From positions 1,888-65,887 of the forward strand of contig DASXUF010000129.1 of the NCBI GenBank assembly GCA_036504975.1: 64,000 nt of DNA, written 5' to 3'. The translations under genes and the position numbers were made by a program. Shown piece by piece: positions 32,369 through 39,328 of the stretch (within the stretch, counting starts at the first letter, position 1; each line of letters opens with the position of its first letter). Source of the DNA: Candidatus Binatia bacterium (GTDB taxonomy: Bacteria > Desulfobacterota > Binatia > UBA9968). The notes below the pieces were generated by a model. That model was not told where the DNA came from and did no database searches. It saw nothing but the letters and a program-made list of their open reading frames with translations.

Positions 32369-32453
32369 CCATTGGGTTGAGAAGGACGCGGCGGATCGCG
32401 CCTCTACCCAAAGCCTTGGAGAGAACAAAACCTGCCGACAGACTGCCTTCTGC

Positions 32454-32648
32454 CTACTTGCCTTCAACAAGCCGTAAGGCGGCCACTTCAATTTTCTCTA
32501 CGCTCGGCACCATGGCTTCGACCAGCGGGCCGCTGTGGGGTGGAGGAATAAAAGCACCGCCGACGCGGATCACCGGCGCTTTTAAGTCGGAAAAAAGATT
32601 TTCCTGGATCGTCCCCGCGAGTTCGGCCGTGAGACCGCTGGTTGACAA
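32454..32648 (-). pseudogene. Displaced 3' end of a 2-oxoacid dehydrogenase E1-beta gene (repeat copy A; the repeat spans 32419..32640)
   Basis: It encodes ...GLTAELAGTIQENLFSDLKAPVIRVGGAFIPPPHSGPLVEAMVPSVEKIEVAALRLVEGK, which parallels the last ~60 aa of the intact gene. The 35 nt after the stop match 36146..36180 at 34 of 35. Confidence 0.8.
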
Positions 32649-32671
32649 TATTTATGGAAATGAGAGATATC
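32642..32671 (+). promoter_or_regulatory. Conserved cassette-end element with a promoter-like TTGACA-N18-GATATC (cassette 1)
   Basis: It lies immediately after repeat copy A, and a paralogous sequence follows copy B. It faces the plus-strand cargo. Confidence 0.35.
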
Positions 32672-32827
32672 TGCGGCTTAGTGCTAACTTTCTCCGTGCA
32701 CACGCCTCCAGTGGGATCGGCAACTCGTCCCGCACCACATTTAGCTGCCTTAGGAGAAGCGGATCTCATCAGGAGAAGCTAGTCATCTGTAGAAAGGACT
32801 GGTACAATTGCTCAACTGACTTCATGG

Positions 32828-33037
32828 ATGATCGCCCAATCGCGGGTCATTGCCAAAGGCAAGCGTATTCGCGATGTCCGACGCCTGGTGGAGACGTATG
32901 GTGGAAAATCGTCGAAGTGGGTGAAGAAGAGTAGCCCCCGTTTCGATATGGGCGATCACCAGTACGAGTATCATTGGTATGAACACCCCGGTATTGGCCG
33001 GGTTGAACTGAAACGGAGACAGGTACAATCCCGATGA
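32828..33037 (+). CDS. Hypothetical small basic protein (69 aa), cassette 1
   Basis: ATG ORF whose stop overlaps the next ATG (ATGA). It is K/R-rich and contains ...EYHWYEHPGIGRVELK. No family recognised with confidence. Confidence 0.45.
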   Translation: MIAQSRVIAKGKRIRDVRRLVETYGGKSSKWVKKSSPRFDMGDHQYEYHWYEHPGIGRVELKRRQVQSR

Positions 33038-33390
33038 CTGTCAAGCTACGCCGAAAGTACGCGCGATATCCGGACCTGACCACCGGGCTGCCGTATGTCG
33101 TGATTGGAATTGAAGCTAATGATTTCCGCATTTTGAACGATCAAGGCCGCCCGTATCTCTATCCTTCGCGCCTCTTTGAGATTATCGACCCCGACAAACC
33201 CGAGGATTGGGTCACAGAAAGAGGCGAAGAAGGCGAGCGATACGCCTATCCGCCGCCGCTGAACGTCAGTGGATTTTTTGAGGATTTCTTCGATGCCAAA
33301 CCAAAGGCGGTAGCCACGTTTTGGCGGATCGTCAACCAGCGTCTTGCCAGCGCGACCAGACCAAGACAACGCGCGGCGTCTAACACCTAG
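33034..33390 (+). CDS. Hypothetical protein (118 aa), cassette 1
   Basis: It appears translationally coupled to the preceding ORF. It has an acidic core (DPDKPEDWVTERGEEGERYAYPPPLNVSGFFEDFFD). No family recognised. Confidence 0.55.
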   Translation: MTVKLRRKYARYPDLTTGLPYVVIGIEANDFRILNDQGRPYLYPSRLFEIIDPDKPEDWVTERGEEGERYAYPPPLNVSGFFEDFFDAKPKAVATFWRIVNQRLASATRPRQRAASNT

Positions 33391-33419
33391 CCCGGACTAT
33401 TCACCGCCGAGGCGCGGAG

Positions 33420-33560
33420 GACGCGTCCTTCGACGAAGCTCAGGATGCGCGGCTATGAAGAATTCCGTTCGTGGTGATCCCTCGACAAGCTCGGGACTAA
33501 AGGCGCGGTCGAGGGAGCCTGCCCTGAGCGAAGCCGAAGGGTCGAACCATGCGAACTCTG
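33420..33560. repeat. Cluster of REP-like units at the right end of cassette 1
   Basis: There are three related units: ...TTCGACGAAGCTCAGGATG..., ...CTCGACAAGCTCGGGACTAAAG..., and ...CCTGCCCTGAGCGAAGCCGAAGGGTCGAACCATG. Confidence 0.55.
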
Positions 33561-33608
33561 CGGTGAGTACGCCCTCCGACATTCTGTGGTGATTTGTCCT
33601 CCTACCAT

Positions 33609-33697
33609 GAATAAAACGCAGCGCCGACGCGGATGACCGGCGCTTTCAGGTCGGAAAAAAAATTTTCCTGAATCGTCGCCGCCAGTTCGGCCGTGAA
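33609..33697 (-). pseudogene. Internal fragment of the E1-beta 3' region (repeat copy B)
   Basis: It encodes ...FTAELAATIQENFFSDLKAPVIRVGAAF and then stops (YSW*). It lacks the last ~30 codons and the 3' flank. Confidence 0.75.
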
Positions 33698-33705
33698 CCC
33701 GCCGT

Positions 33706-33735
33706 TTGACAAGATTTCTCCAAATGAGGGATATT
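33706..33735 (+). promoter_or_regulatory. Conserved cassette-end element with a promoter-like TTGACA-N18-GATATT (cassette 2)
   Basis: It is a paralogue of 32642..32671 and lies about 55 nt upstream of the 33791 ATG. Confidence 0.4.
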
Positions 33736-33790
33736 GCGCGCAGTTCCGGTTTTGTAAGGCCATTAAGCTGTTCGAAGTGGAAGCACGGAC

Positions 33791-34894
33791 ATGGCGTACT
33801 ATATTGACCTGTTCTCGCCCGAAACGCACGAAGCATTCACGCGCTCTGGCCGTGATATCTCTGGGTTCCGCCTTCGTCACAAAGGAATGGCGGATCGGAT
33901 CAAGCCCGGCGACGTGTTCGTGTGCTACCTCACACGCCTGTCTCGCTGGTTTGGGCTGCTGGAAGTCATCGACGGTCCCTTCATTGACGACACTCCAATC
34001 TTCGTACCAGACAATGACCCGTTCGTCGTCCGCTTTCGTGTCCGACCATCAGTGTGGCTAGAGATCGAAAAGGCCATGCCGATTCACGACGACGCGATCT
34101 GGAATGGTCTCTCTTTCACCCGTGGCCTAGAGAAGGGCTCTATCGCATGGACTGGAAAGGTTCGCGGAAGCCTTGTGCGTCTTGACGACCGGGACGGTAA
34201 GTTCCTCGCTGAAAAACTGCGCGCCCAGACGGTCGAGGGTAGGGCGTACCCGCTCGATGAACAGGACATCAAGAAACTTACCACTCACACTGTCACCCGC
34301 CCTGATAAGGTTGTCGCCGTCTCGGTTCCAGACGATGCTGCCGGCGTCGAGGAGGCGCAGCCGGCTCAAGAAACAGAAGGCCGCGAGTCAATTCGTATTC
34401 AAGCCTTGATTGCCCAAATTGGTGCACGAATGGGTATGTCTATATGGATACCTCGGGCTGATCGTGGTGCCGTGCTTAAAGAGTGGAAGAGTAACGGGCA
34501 GAATCTTCTCGACCGACTTCCTCTCAATTACGACGACACTACCCTGCGGACGATCGAACAGATCGACGTGCTATGGCTTCGTGGTCGGTCAATCATTCGC
34601 GCCTTTGAGGTCGAGCACACAACCTCGGTGTACTCCGGCATCCTACGCATGGCTGATCTCCTCGCGCTTCAGCCGAACATGAACATCCGGCTTCATATCG
34701 TCGCTCCCGCTGCTAAGCGCGAGAAGGTGTTTCAAGAGATACGGCGCCCTGTGTTCTCCCTGCTGGAGAAAGGCCCGCTCGCGGAAAGTTGCACCTATCT
34801 TTCATACGATAGCCTACGGGAACTTGCTGCACAGAAGCACCTTCCACATCTTTCGGACACTGTGCTGGACGAGTACGCCGAGGAAGTAGAGTAA
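33791..34894 (+). CDS. Fusion protein: N-terminal PUA/EVE-like domain plus C-terminal PD-(D/E)xK-type nuclease-like domain (candidate modification-dependent restriction enzyme)
   Basis: 367 aa. The N-terminal ~150 aa follow the EVE strand pattern (YYIDLF, IKPGDVFVCYL, WFGLLEVIDGPF, VVRFRVRPSVWL, SLVRLDDRDGKFL). An acidic linker follows. The C-terminus has ESIRIQALIAQIG...IDVLWL...AFEVEHTTSVYSGILRMADL, which resembles E...D...ExE/K nuclease cores. The assignment rests on pattern recognition only. Confidence 0.6.
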   Translation: MAYYIDLFSPETHEAFTRSGRDISGFRLRHKGMADRIKPGDVFVCYLTRLSRWFGLLEVIDGPFIDDTPIFVPDNDPFVVRFRVRPSVWLEIEKAMPIHDDAIWNGLSFTRGLEKGSIAWTGKVRGSLVRLDDRDGKFLAEKLRAQTVEGRAYPLDEQDIKKLTTHTVTRPDKVVAVSVPDDAAGVEEAQPAQETEGRESIRIQALIAQIGARMGMSIWIPRADRGAVLKEWKSNGQNLLDRLPLNYDDTTLRTIEQIDVLWLRGRSIIRAFEVEHTTSVYSGILRMADLLALQPNMNIRLHIVAPAAKREKVFQEIRRPVFSLLEKGPLAESCTYLSYDSLRELAAQKHLPHLSDTVLDEYAEEVE

Positions 34895-35063
34895 AAACAA
34901 TCCAAAAACAAAAAGAAGCGGAGATGAAAGAGAAAGCCAAGGGAGCAGTCAAGGATCTCTGATCTGAAAAGTGGATTGAAGAGCTGTCTGCGATAGGCCG
35001 CCGACGACGACTCTGCCTAGCGCAGCTCACTTGATAGTTAGCTGACGAAAGGTATTCAGACAA

Positions 35064-36113
35064 TTGGATTGGGCCACCATCCTCACCACCATTCTCGCGA
35101 TCCTCAAGTTCACTGGCATTGGTTTGTCGATGGCGTTCGGCGTCTTGGCGCTCCTGACAAAATACAGAGACGATGACGGCAATATCACTCGATGGGGGCG
35201 CTTTGCGCTTATCGGGGTGTTCGCCTCCGGACTTTCATCGGCTGCAGCACAATCTGTCGAGTTGATTCTTTCAAACAAGGCGCGCCGCGACGCAGAACAC
35301 CGGACACAACTCGAACTCGAAGCCAACACTCGGCTACTCACGCAAATCAATCGCGGGCTGAATCCCCTGTCTGACGTACGGGCTAGCTTCTGGCTGCGAG
35401 TGTCGCTAGAACACCCCGAATTGCGCGGCTTCGTCAAGCGATTCGTTACGTCCGTCAATCCACTGATCGCCCGCTGGGAATCGGACGCATCTTCGCGAGG
35501 CGACGCCCTCGCATACCCGAGTTCCAAGGACATGAACGGCAAGGTCCTTACGGTTAATGTGCGCCAGGACTCCCCGCTGTTCCCCCAGGAGGGCAGTGAA
35601 CGTTTTGCCTATACGGTCTTCGAGAATACTACCATTACGATGCGCTTCTACCGCACGCCTATCGAGATACGCCAGTTTCCGCATTATGGTGCCATCGAGC
35701 CGAGCCGCAGCGTCAGGGATCCCGATATCGAGATGTATTTTGAGCAGGATGATGCGAGCCCATGGGACATCAACCTGGAATATGAGCCAGCGACCGGCAC
35801 ATTCCGAGTGCGAGGCAGCAGCATTTTTAGCGACCCCAATTACTGGCGGAGTTCCGGGGAGATCGTTTCACTTCTCGATCTGGCAGGTGCACAGGTGTTC
35901 ATCACCGCGGGACACACACTGGTCTCTTTTGAGGAACGAGAGAAGCGTGTTCATCCAGAAGTCGACTCAGTTGTCCTGGACGTCGGATCTCGCAAGGGCT
36001 TGAGGTTCCGTGGGGCGAGACTCATCGCGCATAAAGACCCGGTCGATGGGCAGACGATTTACGAGTACCGTTTCCCTAAGAGCTTCGAGGCGGCGGTAGC
36101 TGAGTTGCAGTAG
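35064..36113 (+). CDS. Membrane protein of unknown function (two N-terminal TM segments plus a ~250-aa soluble domain), cassette 2
   Basis: 349 aa with a TTG start. The hydrophobic stretches are TILTTILAILKFTGIGLSMAFGVLALL and WGRFALIGVFASGLSSAAAQ. A short predicted helix follows, then a beta-rich-looking domain with no recognisable motif. Confidence 0.6.
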   Translation: MDWATILTTILAILKFTGIGLSMAFGVLALLTKYRDDDGNITRWGRFALIGVFASGLSSAAAQSVELILSNKARRDAEHRTQLELEANTRLLTQINRGLNPLSDVRASFWLRVSLEHPELRGFVKRFVTSVNPLIARWESDASSRGDALAYPSSKDMNGKVLTVNVRQDSPLFPQEGSERFAYTVFENTTITMRFYRTPIEIRQFPHYGAIEPSRSVRDPDIEMYFEQDDASPWDINLEYEPATGTFRVRGSSIFSDPNYWRSSGEIVSLLDLAGAQVFITAGHTLVSFEEREKRVHPEVDSVVLDVGSRKGLRFRGARLIAHKDPVDGQTIYEYRFPKSFEAAVAELQ

Positions 36114-36115
36114 TC

Positions 36116-36136
36116 GAGGGACGAACACAGTCCCTC
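36116..36136 (+). terminator. Hairpin after the cassette 2 cargo (GAGGGAC-N7-GTCCCTC), no clear U-tract
   Basis: A 7-bp stem lies 3 nt after the stop at 36113. Confidence 0.3.
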
Positions 36137-36180
36137 TGTTCGAAAGAGAGAACAAAACCTGACGACAGACTGCCTTCTGC

Positions 36181-37203
36181 CTACTTCCCTCCAACCAACC
36201 GCAACGCCGACGTTTCAATTCGCTCCACGTTCGGCACCATCGCTTCGACGAGCGGACCGCTGTGAGGCGGTGGAATAAACGCAGCGCCGACGCGGATGAC
36301 CGGCGCTTTTAAATCGGAAAAAAGATTTTCTTGAATCGTCGCCGCAAGCTCGGCCGTGAGTCCACCGACGATCGGTCCTTCATCGACGATTATGGCTCGC
36401 TTGGTCTTGGCGACGGATTTTAAAATGGTTTCCTTGTCCAGCGGCGCCAGCGAGCGCAGGTCGATGATCTCGGCGGCGATGCCTTTTTCTTTGAGCCTCT
36501 CGGCCGCCTCATCCACTTTGAGGACCATGCCGCCGCAGGTAACGATCGTCAAATCTTTTCCCTCGCGGCGCACGCTGGCCAGGCCTATCGGCACGGTGTA
36601 GTCACCGTCGGGCACGGGCCCTTTAACGCCGTATAGATGGTGGCTTTCGAAGCAGAGGACGGGGTTGGGATCACGGATCGCCGATAATAAGAGCCCTTTA
36701 GCGTCCGCGGGAGTCGCCGGGACGATGATTTTGAGCCCCGGAAATGGAATAAACGCGCCGTGATTGCAGCTCGAATGGCTCGGACCGCCACCCGGCCGCG
36801 TGCCGAATTTGTTCCGGATCACGATCGGCACGGAAATCCGTCCGCCGGTCATGTAGTGGTAGCGCGCGGCGTGGGTGACGAGCTGGTCCATGCAGAGCGG
36901 CAAAAGATCGCAGAACTGGATCTCGACGACCGGCCGCATGCCGTTGATTGCGGCGCCGACGGCGAGGCCGACGAGCGCGGCCTCGGAAATCGGCGTGTCG
37001 CGCACGCGCTCGGCGCCGAACTCCTGGAGCAACCCGCGCGTCACGCCGTACGCGCCGCCAAAGAGCGCCACGTCTTCGCCCATCACGAAGACGCGCTGGT
37101 CGCGCGCCATCTCGTATCTCAGCGTCTCGCGCAGCGCCTCCTGAATACGCATCTCTTTAACGGTCCCGCTAAGCGCAACTGCTTCCATAGTCTTGTCGAA
37201 CAT
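36181..37203 (-). CDS. 2-oxoacid (pyruvate/acetoin/branched-chain type) dehydrogenase E1 component, beta subunit
   Basis: Trimmed to MFDKTMEAV... (ATG at 37203), which is preceded by a GAGG Shine-Dalgarno. It has the transketolase-like pyrimidine-binding blocks (VFVMGEDV...ERVRDTPISEAALVG) and a C-terminal domain. Its last ~62 codons belong to repeat copy C. Confidence 0.9.
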   Translation of the reverse strand: MFDKTMEAVALSGTVKEMRIQEALRETLRYEMARDQRVFVMGEDVALFGGAYGVTRGLLQEFGAERVRDTPISEAALVGLAVGAAINGMRPVVEIQFCDLLPLCMDQLVTHAARYHYMTGGRISVPIVIRNKFGTRPGGGPSHSSCNHGAFIPFPGLKIIVPATPADAKGLLLSAIRDPNPVLCFESHHLYGVKGPVPDGDYTVPIGLASVRREGKDLTIVTCGGMVLKVDEAAERLKEKGIAAEIIDLRSLAPLDKETILKSVAKTKRAIIVDEGPIVGGLTAELAATIQENLFSDLKAPVIRVGAAFIPPPHSGPLVEAMVPNVERIETSALRLVGGK

Positions 37204-37350
37204 CAACCTCAATCGAGAAAAAACCAGCGTGCAGACCGAGGGGCGAGCCCCGGAGGCCGAGGGCACAGGAGACTAGAGTCGCCACGACTCGTTAGGTGCT
37301 TGGCCATATGCTTGCAGTTCTTCTCGACGTTCGATCCAAACCAATCGTTT

Positions 37351-37406
37351 GCAGGCCGCCTCAAGGCACGATCTATTGCCCTCGGCCGGAGGGGCTTGCC
37401 CTGAGG
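37351..37406 (+). repeat. R1 repeat family, partial copy D (3' third only), overlapping the end of the E1-alpha gene
   Basis: GGCCGCCTCAAGGCACGATCTATTGCCCTCGGCCGGAGGGGCTTGCCCTGAGG aligns with the 3' parts of copies A and B. Confidence 0.5.
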
Positions 37407-38386
37407 TTTGCGGAATCCAATTCCGGTTCAGCGAACACGCTCTCGATCTCAACTTCTTTCGGCGGCAGCGGCGACGCTTGGGCTTTGGCGGAGACTTCCT
37501 CCAACTCGGCATAGACCGACCCGCTGATCTTCTCGAATTCGGCTTCGCTTAAGTTTCCTTCCGCGATCAACTTTTCTTTGAACCGGCGGATCGGGCAGCG
37601 CTCTTTCCACCGGTCGATCTCCTCCCGCGCGCGGTAGCCGGTCCCCGGATCGCCGCCGAAATGGCCGTCCCATCTATAAGTGAGACACTCGAGCAGCGTC
37701 GCCCCTTCGCCCCCGCGCGCCTTATCCGCCGCCTTCAGCGTCTCATGGTAGACCAGCTCGACGTCGTTGCCGTCGATCACCTTGCCTTCGAAACCGTAAC
37801 CCGCCGCACGTTCGGCGAGATGCTTGACCGCGACGCTTTTCTCCAGGCTTACGGTCATGGCGTACAGATTGTTTTCGATTACATAGATGACGGGAAGCTT
37901 CCACAGGCCGGCGAAGTTCATCGCCTCGTGCACCACGCCTTGATTCATGGCGCCATCGCCCATGAAGCTCACGGCGACTTCCCGGCTGCCCCTGATCTTC
38001 GCCGCCAGAGCGGCGCCGGTCGCGAACGGCACCGTCGCGCCGACAGTTCCCGTATTGCCCAAAAAACCAAACGAAAGGTCGCCCATGTGCATCTTGCCAC
38101 CGCGGCCTTTGGAGTAGCCGTCGAGGCGCCCTATGCATTCGCAGAGGAGCCGGTAAAGATCCGCGCCCTTGGCCACGAGATGCCCGGTTCCCCGGTGGTA
38201 GCTCGCGATAAGGTCTTTGGGCACCAGGGCGGAGCAGACGCCGACGGCGATCGCCTCCTGGCCACGGTAGGAGTGCGGGCTGCCGAACATGACTTTATTC
38301 TGGTAAAGCTCGTTCAGCTTTTCTTCGAAGGCGCGCACCTTGAGCATCGCGCCGAGCATCTCTTTTCGCTTGGATAGGTCGAGCAT
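37373..38386 (-). CDS. 2-oxoacid dehydrogenase E1 component, alpha subunit (TPP-binding)
   Basis: Trimmed to MLDLSKRKEM... (ATG at 38386), which is preceded by a GGAG Shine-Dalgarno. It has the TPP motif region GDGAMNQGVVHEAMNFA. Confidence 0.9.
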   Translation of the reverse strand: MLDLSKRKEMLGAMLKVRAFEEKLNELYQNKVMFGSPHSYRGQEAIAVGVCSALVPKDLIASYHRGTGHLVAKGADLYRLLCECIGRLDGYSKGRGGKMHMGDLSFGFLGNTGTVGATVPFATGAALAAKIRGSREVAVSFMGDGAMNQGVVHEAMNFAGLWKLPVIYVIENNLYAMTVSLEKSVAVKHLAERAAGYGFEGKVIDGNDVELVYHETLKAADKARGGEGATLLECLTYRWDGHFGGDPGTGYRAREEIDRWKERCPIRRFKEKLIAEGNLSEAEFEKISGSVYAELEEVSAKAQASPLPPKEVEIESVFAEPELDSANLRASPSGRGQ

Positions 38387-38537
38387 AAGAAATCTCCGGC
38401 CGGCGGACACGGCCGCTACGCCGTTATGTTACTTCTTAGTTTCTCGTTGGATCGGTTGTCAAGCCGCGTCAGCGCGGCATGGAAGGTTCAAAAGCAAAAC
38501 GCCCATGACCTGAATCACGGGAGCGGCGGCGGTATCG

Positions 38538-39149
38538 TCAGACCGGTTTGTCGGATTTCTCGCGAAGTTTTTTGAGCAGGTCGTCGAGCGACGCGGTGGC
38601 GAGAATGCGCTTGAACTGAGCGTGGAAGTTGCTGACGAGGCTGATGTTGTCCACGACCACGTCGTAGACTTTCCAATCGCCTTGCGTGAGGTGGAGCCGG
38701 TAGTTGACGGAGAGCGGATCTCCCTTCCGCGCCACGACCTGGGTGTCGACCTGAGCCAGATTTTGATTCACGCGCTCGCGCAGATAGACGACCTTTTCAC
38801 CGCGGTAGGAGGCGAGGGTGTTCATGTACGAGCTTTCAACGAAAGCGGTAAAAGCGCCGATAAACTCGCTCTGTCTTCCGTCCAGGCTCTTCCATCGGTC
38901 GCCCAGAGATCTCCTGGCCATTTCAGCGAAGTCGAAGCTCGGCAAAATAATTTCGCGGATTGTCTGTGCCGCCTCGTTTTTGTTGGCGCCTGCCTTGGCG
39001 CTGACGTCCTGGAGCACCTCGGAAACGCGCTCGATGACATTCTTGATCCGGTCCATCGGCTGTTCGGCGAAAGCAAGCCGCGGATAAGCCAACCACAACA
39101 CCGTCAACGTTATCAGCGCCCAACTGAAAAGCTTCCGGTCTCTAATCAT
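38538..39149 (-). CDS. MlaC / Ttg2D-family phospholipid-binding periplasmic protein
   Basis: Trimmed to MIRDRKLF (ATG at 39149), which is preceded by an AAGGAGAGG Shine-Dalgarno. It has a signal peptide and the blocks FDFAEMARRSLGDRW and WKVYDVVVDNISLVSN. Confidence 0.8.
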   Translation of the reverse strand: MIRDRKLFSWALITLTVLWLAYPRLAFAEQPMDRIKNVIERVSEVLQDVSAKAGANKNEAAQTIREIILPSFDFAEMARRSLGDRWKSLDGRQSEFIGAFTAFVESSYMNTLASYRGEKVVYLRERVNQNLAQVDTQVVARKGDPLSVNYRLHLTQGDWKVYDVVVDNISLVSNFHAQFKRILATASLDDLLKKLREKSDKPV

Positions 39150-39328
39150 CCGCCTCTCCTTAGACGATTGTGCGGGCAAAGACTAGAAGCAAGCGAAGGG
39201 CCAGCGGCAGTTTTCTGAAAAAAGGCTTGTGTTTATTAGACTTTTCCTAAATAAAGAAACGGCTTTCGAGTATAAATTGTCACAAACGGTGGCACTTGGC
39301 CAAAAAAGGTCAATGGCGCCGTCGAGAA

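Larger units (their letters stand above)
32419..36145. mobile_element. Composite insertion at the 3' end of the E1-beta gene: two cargo cassettes delimited by E1-beta 3'-end repeats; no recombinase gene present
   Basis: Repeat copies lie at 32419..32640, 33609..33697 and 36146..36367, the last being part of the intact gene. By eye the interval is AT-richer than the flanks. See findings. Confidence 0.6.

Noticed and set aside
32654-32782. Short ORFs starting MRDI... just after the TTGACA element in both cassettes (ATGAGAGATATC and ATGAGGGATATT).
   Set aside because: Only four codons are shared, and the continuations are unrelated and short. The similarity is better explained as part of the conserved non-coding cassette end.
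32377-32934. 185-aa plus-strand ORF spanning the first E1-beta repeat copy.
   Set aside because: It is antisense to the recognisable E1-beta fragment and has no motifs. It would also read through the promoter-like cassette end.
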